Below, piece by piece: positions 15,001 to 28,412 of a stretch of DNA of 64,000 bases. The number at the start of each line of letters is the position of its first letter. Within the stretch, counting starts at the first letter, position 1. The stretch comes from Epiperipatus broadwayi (lineage: Eukaryota; Animalia; Onychophora): the NCBI GenBank assembly GCA_028023455.1, contig JAQFVV010000003.1:16988001-17052000 (forward strand), in the 5' to 3' direction. Position numbers and translations under genes: made by a program. The notes beneath the pieces were generated by a model that saw only the letters and a program-made list of their open reading frames with translations, was not told the DNA's origin and searched no databases.

Positions 15001-15684
15001 TTTTTAAGGGTTGTTATCTTTCTTTGTTTGAGAAAATGTAGAGATACCTTACATATTACTGTCATTGGGAATAAAATTATTGTTCTTATATGTGTTTTGC
15101 CTTATTCACTTTTATTTATGCATGCTGAAGGGTATAACTTTCAACCTGGATTGATAATAGAGTGATTATGACTCTTCAATATTATAACTGGTTTAAACTA
15201 AAAAATATTCTAGTTATCTCAGGCATTATACATTATATCCATATAATAAGCAGGAAATATTGTCATGGAGTTAGCATTATAGCAATATGCTTTAAATTGA
15301 TAATGTCTCTCAGTATGCTCATTATAATTTATGATTGATTCAATAGGCCATAACCCTACACTCTAGAAGTTTAGTTACATTTGTTATTGCAATATTGCCC
15401 AAGGGCTTTCTTCAAGATAGTCATTTAGGCATATGGTTATAATTAGTGCTGCAACATGTTGCTATTAACTCTCACACATCCATTCTGTTGTATATATAAT
15501 GGAAATATGGGTAAACACAAACCTGAAGAAAATTAAAAATAGTATGATAGTACCATATTAATATGAACAAACATGCTAATGAAAGTGGGGTTGAATATAG
15601 AAAGAAACTATGGAGTGCTGTATGGCTGATATTGTTGACATTATATATAATTTTTCTAATTCTGAGACCTAGTTTGTTTGATAA

Positions 15685-18300
15685 ATGATAACAAGGGCTA
15701 AAGCCAAAATGCAAGCTTCAAATTTGGAAGAAAACACTGTACTGTTAGCAGAACAGACAGATATCACAGAACCATGTGTGACAATAAATAATAAAAACAG
15801 GTTGTAGAAACACTTAAAATGTCAAAAAAAAAACAACAACAGATGGATCAAAGAATTCTAATGATGAGATTAATGTCATATCAAAAGAACAGATGGATCA
15901 AACAATACTGTTGATGAGAGTACTGGCACAAATTGAAAAGATGGTTGGCCAAAGTGAATAATAGTAATGAGATAAAAAACCATATACAAAAAATGATAAA
16001 AATTAAAATGAGTGAAATGTGTGATAAAATAATTGAAGATAATAAAAACCAAATTGAAAAGATAGCAAGTCAAAATGCATAAAATTAAAAATAATCAAAA
16101 TCAACTGAAAGAGAGAATTATGAAGAAATTAGAAAGTGAATTATGGAGCTTGAATAAGAGGTTACAGGAAACACATGAAGAGATCAAAAAGGACAAAGAT
16201 GAACAGAAGTGGAAAATAAGCCAGCTACAAAAAAAAAAACAAAAAAAATAGTAGATATACAAAATAAAATATTCTAAAACTCATGCAAAAAATAGATGAC
16301 CTCAATAGAAGAATAAAACAAATCTAAATTGGGAGATAATGATTAACAATAATAAGTTATTGGACAGATATGTAAACCAATTTTTTAAAAATTAGATTTT
16401 TTCAGGCAATTCAGATGAAGCACTCATTGAATATATAAGCAGCCTAGAAAGATATTTCACTCTGAATGATGAGATAGAAGAGGCAAAGCCAGCTGCAGCC
16501 AGTAGTCATTTGCAGAGAATGTTACAGACATGGTGAAACTTATTGTTCATCTATCCTAAGAATTTTACAAAATTTAAATAAGCATTTATATAAAGCAGCA
16601 TTTATTTTTTATAGCATCTGTATACAATTGTAATCACATTCATATCGGCTTTTTCAAACCAAATTGTGCAAATGCTTTTTGCGAGTGTTAAATAATAAAT
16701 GAATACCCTCTGACCCATACAAGATATAGAATTTATGCAGCAATAAAAGGAATCCTCTTATTACTACGACTCAAATATTTATATATGAGCAAATCTGAAG
16801 TACTGGCACAGAAGGTGTGACTATAGAACAGTCACTTTGTATACAGATGCTATAAAAAATAAATGATGATTTATATATATGATTAATTTCAGTTGGAATG
16901 ATGTTCAGTAAATTCTAGTAAATTTCATCGGCGTCATTCATTCATAAGTTATATATAGTAATTCAAAGTGACTGTTCTATAGTCACACCTTCTGTGCCAG
17001 TACTTCAGATTTGCTCATATATAAATATTTGAGTCGTAGTAATAAGAGGATTCCTTTTATTGCTGCATAAATTCTATATCTTGTATGGGTCAGAGGGTAT
17101 TCATTTATTATTTAACACTCGCAAAAAGTGTTTGCACAATTTGGTTTGAAAAAGCCGATATGAATGTGATTACAATTGTATACAGATGCTATAAAAAATA
17201 AATGCTGATTTATATATATGATTAATTTCAGTTGGAATGACATTCAGTAAATTCTAGTAAATTTCATCGGCACCATTCATTCATAAGTTATATATAGTAA
17301 TTCAAAGTGACTGTTCTATAGTCACACCTTCTGTGCCATTACTTCAGATTTGCTCATATATAAATATTTGAGTCATAGTAATAAGAGGATTCCTTTTATT
17401 GCTGCATAAATTCTATATCTTGTATGGGTCAGAGGGTATTCATTTATTATTTAACACTCGCAAAAAGCGTTTGCACAATTTGGTTTGAAAAAGCCGATAT
17501 GAATGTGATTACAATTGTATACAGACGCTATAAAAAATAAATGCTGATTTATATATATGATTAATTTCAGTTGGAATGATGTTCAGTAAATTCTAGTAAA
17601 TTTCATTGGCATCATTCATTCATAAGTTATATATAGTAATTCAAAGTGATTGTTCTATAGTCACACCTTCTGTGCCAGTACTTCAGATTTGCTCATATAT
17701 AAATATTTGAGTCGTAGTAATAAGAGGATTCCTTTTATTGCTGCATAAATTCTATATCTTGTATGGGTCAGAGGGTATTCATTTATTATTTAACACTCGC
17801 AAAAAGCGTTTGCACAATTTGGTTTGAAAAAGCCGATATGAATGTGATTAAATAAGCATTATTAAATTGCTACAGGAATGAGGATTATCAAGAGGGTATC
17901 AAGCACAAGATATCACATTGTGAACCTTATACTCCATTTGTTAGGAAATAATTATCAAAGTTGAAAGCCTTAATACTCAATTCCATTGTCAGAGTTGCAA
18001 ATCATGCAAATATTGAGGCTTAGTTTCCCACACCACATTAAAAAGATGTAGATTGGTACAGATAAATGTGCTATTGAACAGGTTGTTGATCTATTAAATA
18101 TTTTTGACAATAGCAAATCTATAACTACAGAGAAAGTAGGTGCATTTAAACATCCACCAAAACAGCAATCAGAGAAAATAATGGCCCTATATAAATGCCA
18201 TCAACTATATAAAGCACAAAGCAAAGCCACCACCATGCATGAAAAATGGTAAGAAAAACTGTCACCATGGAAAAAGAGAAAAAAGTAAAAATCAATTAGC
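15685..18300 (+). pseudogene. gag: Retrotransposon gag remnant, interrupted by the 16587-17850 insertion
   Basis: MITRAKAK start, a coiled-coil stretch, then FSGNSDEALIEYISSLERYFTLN...TW*...FK*A|LLNCYRNEDYQEGIKHKI. This frame is restored when the insertion plus one TSD copy is removed. Confidence 0.7.
16587..17850. mobile_element. Inverted + tandem insertion of a 339-bp unit
   Basis: An inverted arm (16587-16840) is followed by three tandem copies starting at 16838, 17177 and 17516. The direct repeat ttaaataagcatt lies at 16574-16586 and 17848-17860. Confidence 0.95.
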
Positions 18301-21300
18301 AGCTCAAACAATCCAACAAGAACTCGCATAATAAGATGAAGTGAGTTATGTATCAAGATAAATACTGTCACTGATTTAATTATGAGGTTCAATTTTCAAA
18401 AGCAGGATGAAGTTATGCTTCTGATATGAAAATGAATAAAAAACAAAGTAATAAGAAAGATGATTGAACAAAGACAAATTGCAGAGATTAGAGGTAACTT
18501 ATAGCTGCTGATGTATATTTGCTGCACTCATGATGATGGTGGAGAAATGATTTTGTCATTGTTATAAAAATGCAATATGTCCATGATGTTCATGGAGTAG
18601 ATTATCTTTGCACTGCATCTGCCCAAAGTTGAAGGTTTAAAGTAATCAAAACTAGACCCTGAATATCAAAGAAGCAGTTGCCATGGCAGAATTGTTCATG
18701 TTGCACTGTTCACTTATGACTAGTAATTGAATTTTTTTATTCATCATAGTGTTGGAGTCAGTATTAACATCCTTTTAATTGCTAAAGATTATGATAGTGA
18801 AAATAAAAAAATAAATTATAAAGAAATAGGAAAACTAATCATAATATCAGGATAACTCATAATGGTATAATAAAACAAGCTCATAACTATATATAAAAGA
18901 AAAGGAAAATGAAAATTACAAAAACGTCTGAGATGAAGAAATTAATATTTAAATATTGAGAAATTTTGAATGCTGTTTAATGCAATTTTATTAGCCATGT
19001 TAGATGGGGATATTATGGCAGTGCATAGCCAGTTACAGGCAGCTAATATAAGTATTAAATGTAACAATTATAAATAACATTATATTTATTGGTAGAAATT
19101 GTTCAGTAGATAAGGGGATAGATTTTTTTTAGTAATTGTATATGTGAGTGTTTTAGCATTTTATCTCAAATATTTATGTATATAAATTTTAAAAAAATAT
19201 TTTATTAACTAATTATAAAATTAAACATTGGAAAGAAAAAAAGTAAGACTTAAAATAAATATTATTAAACTTACAATAGAATTTTGAAGTAAATAAATGT
19301 CATTTATATAAATGTGGTGTTCTGAAATACATTTGAAGTAATATTTTTCTTATTTTCTTCATTTTTCTTTTTTGTTTCAAATTATGAGTTATCATAATCT
19401 GTTTTTTCTTATGTTTTCTAAAAGCAGACCATTGATAAAATTTGTAAGAGAGCATTGTCTAAGTTGTTTTTCTTTTTGGGAAGATAATATTGATATGACA
19501 TTTGAATAAAGTTTGGTTGGAAGTAGTTGGTTTTTTCAAAACTTTTGGTAACATAAATAAAAGGACTGCAGCTATAAACATATACCAGATTATGCATTGC
19601 TGAAAAAAATGTGGACTAGAACATTTTGTTGTGAAGTCTGTCATTGAACAGTGTGTTTATGCGAGAGAGTTAAAAGAATATTATAAAAAAGCATTGCTAT
19701 ATAAATATGCTATGGTTTCATATATATATAAAATTTTACCACAATGGGTTGCTAAAGCTTCAGTAGTCTATCTTGTGGCTGGAATGACTATATCATGAAG
19801 GTACATGTAATGTCCAGATTTTAAATGCAAAATTACTTAGCATGAAGAAAAAAATTAATTGCTAGATTTCAGTTTTATTTTACATGATTACTATGTGCCT
19901 TAGTCATGGAAGAAGAGATCTATTGATGCCTAATAATAACCTAGCCAAACTATGAGAAATTAATGAATGAATCATGGGATCCACTAGTAAAAAAATACCA
20001 CAAATTATTTGTATAAAATAAAGAGACATTCTATTTTGTTACTTAAATGAAACTCATGGGTTTAATTTTTAATTTACAATCCAGTCAAGAACATTAAAAC
20101 TGTAAAACTAAACTAATCAATAAAATAATCAAACTTACCTCAAATTCAAACTAATCTAGATTAACCAAAAAAAAAAAAATTCTAAAACAGAACCAATGAG
20201 TTATTTCCTTTGGTTATTCTGGATTAGTTGTGATTTTGGGATAAGTTTCATTGGTGAAGAATATATATATATAGGAGTAATAAATGGACCAAAACTAATA
20301 CTACTTTTTTGATAAATGGGAAATAAATATAATCTTAAGGATTGGTGTAGTCAGTATGATTTAAGTGTTAATTAATTTTTTTTTTTTATGTAACTACTTT
20401 TTCTGGCAAAAGATGAACAAAACTAAAGTAAAAGTTATTTTATTTTGTATATATACTATTCATAGTTTAACTACTAATCTGTGTCAATATTGATGCAGAT
20501 GTCTTGTCGAGGATTGTACCACACCTTGTTTGAGAATATGTAGAGATATTTTGCATGTTATTATTTCTGGGAATAAAACTGTTGTTTTTATATGTATTTT
20601 AATTTATTCATTTTTTATGCATGCATTTAACTAAGTTAACTGAGTAATGCAACATTGCAAATGAGTTTTATAAACCCCAAAGCTATAATTCCATGCTAAT
20701 GGGATGTCTACTAAAGAATATAAATTCAAACCTGACCATTACAGGAATTTAATAGTATAACCAGCCCAAAACTAACAAATATTCTAGCCAGCTCAGATAA
20801 AATAAATTATATTCATAAAATAAGTAGGAAATGTTACTGCTGTGAAATTAACATTATTAACAACAGACTTTAAATTGATAAGGTCTCTCAATATGCTCAT
20901 CATGATTTATTATTGGGTAAATAGGACACTATCCTACATACTTGTAGTTCAGTTATATTTGTCATTACAACATGATGCAATGGACTTTTTTAAGATAGTT
21001 TTCTAGGCATCTGGTTACAATTACAAGCTGTAGAAAAAATATACTGTTAAGGAAATTTTGTGATTACATTTGAGGTTCTAAATAATTATGCTTGGCAAAT
21101 TTCACATATTCTCATTATTGTTATTACAGTTGTTATTCCTATAATATCATTCACATGGTAAACAAATGTGGATGATCTACTCTGTACCTTATGTCTAAAA
21201 GTCTTAGTCTTTTACTTTTGAGTTTAAATCATGACATAGCATGATTTTAAAAATAATTCATTGATAGTTTTAAACTAAAACATCAATTGAGTTTTTTTTA

Positions 21301-21949
21301 AAAAAGTATAAATATTTGTGTGAAAAATCATTTTTAGATATTTATATTCCTGACATAAGAAAAATTGTTTTTCAACCAGCAATTGCAACAAAAGTAACTA
21401 GAACAAAAAAAAAAATCAATATTTCACCAGAACATTTTCATTTGAGATAAAACAATGTATAAAGAAAAAAAATATGTGAAAATATTTTAAAATGAACCAT
21501 TAAGAAGAATTGTATATCTACAGTTCTATGAAATGGTCCAAAAAGATATATTAATAATACAAAGAATAAAACAGTGATTTGGCAAGAAAAACTGTAGAAG
21601 AGAATAAGACTTCCAAATAATAAAACAACATCTTGATGTTGGAGGACATAATGTTTCAACAAAATAAGATGCAAAAATGATACATCTACTACAAAGAGAG
21701 GTAACATCATTAATTTTTTGTAAGTGATCTACAAAACAAATTATTATACTAATAAAGAACAACCAAGGAAAGTAACCACTATAATTTATTACATCTTCAC
21801 AATTATCAAGCATTTAAATGAAGAAACAAAAATGCATTAAATCTATGAACAAGAAGAAACACTTTAGAAATCATGGAATTATCATTGATATTTTAAAGAA
21901 ATATGTAAAGAAATAAAAAAATGTTGTAATAGAAATGCAATCATTAGTT

Positions 21950-23100
21950 AAATAATAAGGATATATCAGAAGTCATTAATAATCTTGAAATTTTAAAAAC
22001 GTGGTTAAAAATATAAAAATTTTCAGATCTATCAATTTTCTCATTAGGTCATTGTCTAAATATTCACATATAACATAGATGAAACTTTGAATCTAACCAA
22101 TAGAAAATTAAAAGCTAGATTTAAAAACATTTTAGCATAGTTGATCTTATTCAAATATTGAGAGTTGCCAATATGCTTCATATTTGCAGAATATGAAAAA
22201 TTGATTCTATAAGAATTTCCTCAGGGATTACAGGAATGAAAAAACAAGGACATGGAATACTGTCATATTGTCAAAAATATATATCAAAATGCAAAAGCAG
22301 TTATTAGATTAGATGATGATACTAAAAATAACATTGATAAGAGTATGCATTAAAGTCATTTACTATATTTGACTTCAACAACAAAGTATAAATAAAAAAA
22401 ATGAAAGGAACTTCTGTCCTATTTACTGCAATAACATTTGAAATACCTTAACCAAGATGTAGTGTTCGCAACAAAATTCATTTTATGTCATTAATGTAAT
22501 CTATAAGAACAATATACTTTTTGCCTGACCTAAATATTACTAACTTCACATCTAACTTTGAGAACTAAAATATCTTTGTTTGTTTTTAATGATAACAAAA
22601 TATTAAGGATATATATATAATTCCATGAAACAATACAATAATAAATACAGTAAACAATTTTTTTTAAAGATATCAACTATAATTTAAATAGAAGTACTTT
22701 CAGCAATCTAAGTTTTCATTATCAACTATATTCAAATTCTATTACAAAAATTGTTATAAATGTATACAAAAACAATTATGTCATAAATCAATTTTCCCAA
22801 AATTCATTAATTTTTATAATACACATGACAGTAGAAATCATTGAACCCCTAGAAAAATCAGAAAAGCTGGATGATGTTTTAAAAAATAAAATACAAAAAT
22901 TAAATAATTTGGAAGTGATTAAAGAAAAAGAGAAACTTCTTTCAGGAATAATCATGAAAATAGCACACATTATGATGAAAGATCTAGATAAAGAACAGGA
23001 TAGACAGTAGAGCAAGGAAGAAGAGAAAGAATGCAAAAAAGATAAATATTGGAAAGATGATAATAGTGCCTTCATCCTAGCTGATGATGGAATAAGCAAA
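21950..23100 (+). pseudogene. Degenerate RTE-like non-LTR retrotransposon RT and 3' end
   Basis: IYQNAKAVIRLD (RT pre-domain 4 region) and NNLEVI...LLSGIIMKIAHIMM...KYWKD, resembling the RTE C-terminal NEEVL...GHIMR...W.D motif. Many stops. Confidence 0.45.
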
Positions 23101-23518
23101 AGAATTTTTTATAAACAAAATCTCAAACCATACTATGACATACCCCCAGACCATGGAAAAGTATAGAGTATCACAGACTCGAAGGCCTCTTTTGAGCGTC
23201 GGCAAGGAATTGAATTTGAACAAAGACTAAAAGTTACAAGGTTGAAAATTAGATAGTACAAAATGGTACGGTATAAACCATTGCCATTTAATAGTAATAA
23301 GTGAGATTCAGAGAATAATTTTAATTTACAAAAGAGAATAATTTAAGATGAATAATTTAGGAAACTAGATGCTTAACAAATAAACTATAGTCACCATTCT
23401 TTTAATAATACAGCATTGAAATACTGTCAGTAAATCCTGGTCAGCCTCTATTGCCACTGAACACCTAAAAGGAAAGTGAAAAGGGAAGAAAAGATTTTTT
23501 TTGTTTTCCCCAACTCTC

Positions 23519-24259
23519 TCACATACATATATAACCAGTGCTCAGTTTATATTAAGATAGCAAATCTTCAAACTTTAATGGACAGGCTTCAATCTTCTCC
23601 ACTATCCACCTCTTTTGTCATCCATATCATTGAATAACTGATGATGAAATGCTCAAAGCTCTTGATGATGCCAGTATTAGTGTCATATCTATATTAATTT
23701 TAAATCACTCTGACCCCTCATCTATAGGACCTCAGTATGTCCAGTCAAATACACAGAAGGTGGATGGGCAGAATACAGGCTAAAGATGTAATATTTAAAT
23801 ACAAGTATATTGTCTATACTGAACTTAATGTAATTATAAAGGATTTGAACTTAGACTTTCAAGCTCCCTACAGCTATTCACTCTAACTTATACAATCAAT
23901 ACACATGACCACATATATGTGAAAAAGATAAATGATTTCCAATTTACATATTTCATGCTGATTCAGCAATTATCAGTTGGTCTAGATCATCATCTTCCAC
24001 ACACATATATAATCAGTGCTCAGTTAATATTAAGATAGCAAATCTTCAAATTTTAATGGTCAGGCTTCAATCTTCTCTACCCTCCAACTCTTGAGCCCTC
24101 CATATCATTGAATATCTGTTGATGTAATGCTCAAAGCCCTTGTTGCAAATATTATTATCATATCCATGTTGACTTTAAGTCAGTCTGATCCCTCATTTAT
24201 AGGACTTTAATATGTTCATTCAAATACACAGAAAATGAGTGGACAGAATACAGGCTGAA
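23519..24259. repeat. Two diverged ~265-bp direct repeats (23519-23783, 23998-24259)
   Basis: Colinear from catatataa(c/t)cagtgctcag to cagaatacaggct. Confidence 0.85.
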
Positions 24260-24348
24260 TAATCGTATTAAGTTCAGTGTAGACAATACACTTGCATTTA
24301 AATATTACATTTATATGTAGTTCAGTAACTTTTGTTTTATAAAGTTAA

Positions 24349-24419
24349 GCGTTGGTGGCTAGTGGTCAGCATCGCTGTCTTCCAAGCAGCTGGCCCGGGT
24401 TTGCTTCCCGGTCAACGCA
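24349..24419 (+). tRNA. tRNA-Gly(TCC)-like gene, probably a pseudogene
   Basis: GCGTTGG/TCAACGC-A acceptor stem, GCTGT-CTTCCAA-GCAGC anticodon arm, CCGGG/CCCGG T-stem, followed by a T-run. The T-loop is TTTGCTT instead of TTCGATT and the D-arm is 1 nt short. Confidence 0.8.
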
Positions 24420-24897
24420 TTTTGCATATGAAAAAATAAATAAATAAGAATTTCCTTTTCAAAATCTACAGAATGTACAATAAAAATTACTACATGAAAT
24501 AGACAGAGAGATGATAAAATAATTACAAATAATTTATTCAATTCTTTTTAATAAAAAATATAAAAGATTCCAATCTTGAGGATCGTTGATTGTTTCGTTT
24601 TGTTAATATTATTATGTGGATATAAAAATTTAAACAATTAGAAAATGGAAGTTTGTAATATCTAAAAATAGTTTGACTTCAAAAACAAAATTAAAAAACA
24701 ACTAAATTTTAGAATGAATTAATAAATAATAAACTTGTTTTGAAGTTTTCATTAATCCAATAAACATTTGTCAGGAAATAACTTAGACATTCAGATTATA
24801 GTTAGTTAATAAATAAAATAGTTTTTTTTTAAAAAAGTGGGAACGCTATGATATATTTATATGAAACAGCGAATACGTGAAAAATAAAACTAACTAC

Positions 24898-27524
24898 AAA
24901 GGATTGCAAACCGGTTAAAACGGAAACCGGTTAATCCGTTTTTTTTTTGTTAAAATTTGCCTAACCTTAAAATCCGGGTTTTCCCGAAAAACCGAAAGTC
25001 GATTATTATTATTTTTTTCTAGTGATAAATAATTTTATTTTTTTACTGTTATTCACGAAGTATTTATATTGTAATTTATTTAAATTCAAATAAAAATAAA
25101 AAGTATATATTGTATGAACGAACAAGCAATGTTTAAATAGTAAATAAAAAAATATTATAGCGAAGTAAGTGAAATTGATTGTCAATAAATTATAAAAAAT
25201 AGAAAAAAACCATATTATTTTTACATCATGGTACAGATTTTGTGTTGTAACAACTGCGAAAATATTAAATTTTCTTAAATAAATATCCTGCGCATATAAT
25301 ATACTATATATTGAATTTTAAGTAAGTACTTCGAAAATACATTTATAGTTATTTTTGAGTAAAGAATTTATACTTACAATAATATCTTCAAATAACTATT
25401 AATTGTATTTTATTTTAGGCTAAATACGAATAGCAAAATATCAGGAGCATGGAAAATATGGCTAAATGCACTATGTGCATTTCTTTTAAAATGTGCAGGT
25501 GGGAATACCTCAAGTTTGGCAAATCATCTTCGAGCTAAACATAATATCGACGTTATGAAAAATGGTGAACCTCCAGATAAAAAGGCCAAAACAACTTCAA
25601 ATATGCTTAATTTCATCAAAAGAGAATCTTTGGGAGAGTTATTAGCCAAATGCGCAGCATATGATGGGTTTTCAATTCATGCTATAACACATTCAAGCAC
25701 TATTCGAGAAAATGTACCTATGAAATGCCTAAAAGTGAAAATACAATTAAATTAATCATAAATTTTGCTAATGAGAAAAAATTAGAATTTAAGAATAAGT
25801 TTACAAAAATGACTCAATCTGCTATGCATTTCTCAATAACAATAGATGAATGGACTAGTTGTAATGGAAAAAGGTATTTAAATGTAACATTGTATTCTCT
25901 GGAGGATAGCTTTAAATTAGGCCTTGTTGCCATACAGGCCAGTTCAGGTTCAGTCATTAGTTGAACAAAAATTGATAGAGTATGGTATTAAACTTCAACA
26001 CAAGATGAAGCCACCACTATGAAGAAATATGCACAATGAAATGAAATTGAAAATCAATTTTGCATCAACCATGCAATTGGCTGTTGTAGACCCTTTTTAC
26101 AACAAAAATAATGTAGACAATGAAATTTCAGATTCTGAAAATGATGATGATGAAGCTGAAATTCAGTTTAATTCTTTTGCTGGCGATCAAAATTTAAATG
26201 TAGATAGTGGTATTGATAATATTGATTACAGTTTAGAAGATGCAAACATTAATGAAATATTGAAAAACTTTCGAAAGACTGGTTAGATTTTTCAGAAAAT
26301 TGCCAGTAAGAAACAACATGTTGCAACAATATGTTGAAGAGAAAGAGAGTAAAAAACTTAAACTTATATTGGACTGTAGAACCAGATGGAATTCCCTTAT
26401 ACCTAGTGCAACTTAAAGTTTGCACAAAAAGCACATTGGAAAAAGTGGGGCATGAGGATTTATACAATGAAAATGACTTCATATTTTAGTAAATTTAATT
26501 GAAATATTGAAACAAATAGAATTGGCAGTAAAATAACTTTGTAAAAATACTTCAATCTTACTCACCACAGAAAGAGTACTGACATTTTTATTTATTCAAA
26601 TGAAACAAAACAGTACTGCTTGGGGGGAAATTTTTTATAATTTTTTGAAAATAAGAATTTCAGAAATACAAAATAAAGGATTAAAAACATTGTATAAATT
26701 CTTACAAAGTGGAACTTTTCCACAAACAGATGTGATGGAAGTTCCATATTCACCTAAAGTGCTGACTTTGTCCTTGGCAATGATGTTGGCTGCAAGATTA
26801 TTTGGTGATCCACCATTTGGAGAATTATTTGGTGATGAGGAAGAGAACTTTGATGAAAGTGAAATCAAACCAAAGCATCCAGATCAGCATCTTTAGTACA
26901 GCAATTGCAGCATTCAATTTTTAGTCTTACAGGGTTCAAAGAAATGTGCCAATGAGGGCAATTTTGAGTCATTCTTCCAACAAGAATTGAAAATGTTTGG
27001 TGCTACTAAAAAAAAACTTTAATGGTTGAAAACTTATTAAATGCACTGACATCAATTCAATCCATGTCAACAGACAGTGAGAGAGTTTTTTCAATCGGTG
27101 GTAATTTCTGTACCAAATTACATTCGTCCCTGAAATATGACCTGTTGAATGCATTAGTTTTCATTAAATATTATTTTATTAAAATACAAGATTTACAAGT
27201 TATATTTTATGTTACTTTTATATTCTTTTCACATAATGAAATATTAATAATAAAGTTAGGTTATTTTTATTTTTATTTTATATAATTCTTAAATAAAAAA
27301 TAATTCTAATTACTAAACTTTGTGGTGTATATTTTTATTTATTTTTCTTGGTTTATAGCTCCACTATATTTAAGGTTGGTTTTATTGTATATTTAAAATA
27401 ACAGTCTATTTATTTTTATACTTTATTAAAAAAAAAAAAACGACTAAAAACCAGTTAACTGATCTTTCACTTTATAAAAACCAAGAACTAGGTTTTGAAA
27501 TTTTATAGGATTTTGCAAGCCCTA
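24898..27524 (+). mobile_element. hAT-superfamily DNA transposon
   Basis: Imperfect 13-bp TIRs (aaaggattgcaaa / tttgcaagcccta), a perfect 8-bp TSD ctaactac at 24890-24897 and 27525-27532, and AAACCG/AAACGG subterminal repeats. Confidence 0.92.
25419..27180 (+). pseudogene. hAT transposase, frameshifted
   Basis: BED finger (AKCTMC...GGNTSSLANHLRAKH), FSITIDEWTS catalytic motif, and C-terminal dimerisation motif STDSERVFSIGG. Multiple stops and frameshifts. Confidence 0.9.
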
Positions 27525-28221
27525 CTAACTACTGAAAAATGGCCTGACATGAAAGCAAGAATAAAAAATAACTTACCAAAGAAAGAATATCTCTCATAAA
27601 AAAGCAAGAATATAAAGAATTGAACTTTAGAAACTATAGCAATTGCACATATTTTTAAAAACAAGTAGGTAAATTTAACGTGTAAGCCAATCTATAAAAT
27701 TGCAATTAAAACTCATAATTAAACATGTTTAGAATTTAGTTTTTCTTACATCTGATTTCATATTTTATTATTATTAATTTTGGTTATATTAAGCAATGTG
27801 TTTTATTTATTTATATATTTAATTGTTTGATGTACAGTTTTTTTTAAAAATATTTGAAATCTATTTTTCTTCTTTTATTAATACTTGATCCTCTATTCCA
27901 ATATTAGGATTCAGTGAAGATATTTTGAATGGCTTTTACCTATAATTTATTGAAATCAAAGGATGTAAGAATTTTTGTATATGTTTTTTTGTTGTTGTTT
28001 TTGGGTTGAGACATGTTAATGAAAAAATATGAGATGAACGGTGATTGTGGTTATTAAAGAACCTAAGATACCAAAAATATGAATGCTGAACTGAGTTCAG
28101 ATCTATATGACTACATAAGCTAGTGAGCTTGAATTGATATCATTATTGTGCTTTTATTTTGCATTCAAGGCTTTATAGTTATCTATTAAGGTAAAAGATG
28201 GTTGTTGGAAGGTTGCATTAG

Positions 28222-28412
28222 ATCCTAAGATTTAGATGCAATGCTTTTAAATCCAAGGTTCTTCACTGATGAAATCCATAAGCTAGAAACTAGCCTGGGG
28301 ATATTGGCTGAGTAGGCACTAGATAGGAATTTTATGCACAAACCTTCCTGCATTCATTGATTACTCTGGATTGCATTAAGTGTCACTATTGTATGGAGAG
28401 TTTTGCCTATTT
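28222..28412 (+). mobile_element. Single-arm copy of HH-A family
   Basis: cttca-CTGATGA-aatccataagcta-GAAA-ctag-cc-tgggg at 28261-28300, followed by the family tail ggcactagatagg...gattactctgg...ctattgtatggagag. Confidence 0.75.

Larger units (their letters stand above)
13619..21019 (+). mobile_element. Old Ty3/gypsy-like LTR retrotransposon, gag-only internal region
   Basis: Two diverged direct repeats: 13619-15441 (TGTAGCAGTGCATAG...GGTTATA) and 19014-21019 (TATGGCAGTGCATAG...GGTTACA), with colinear matches throughout. A PBS-like attagtgctgcaac follows the first, a purine tract agatgggga precedes the second, and a gag remnant lies between. No clear TSD. Confidence 0.7.

Noticed and set aside
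16895-16940. Hammerhead on the minus strand of the 339-bp unit (ccgatga...gaat)
   Set aside because: No GAAA core and no NUH before stem I.
21600-21760. Gypsy integrase zinc-binding remnant (IIKQHLDVGGH)
   Set aside because: The downstream Cys pair and core motifs are absent.
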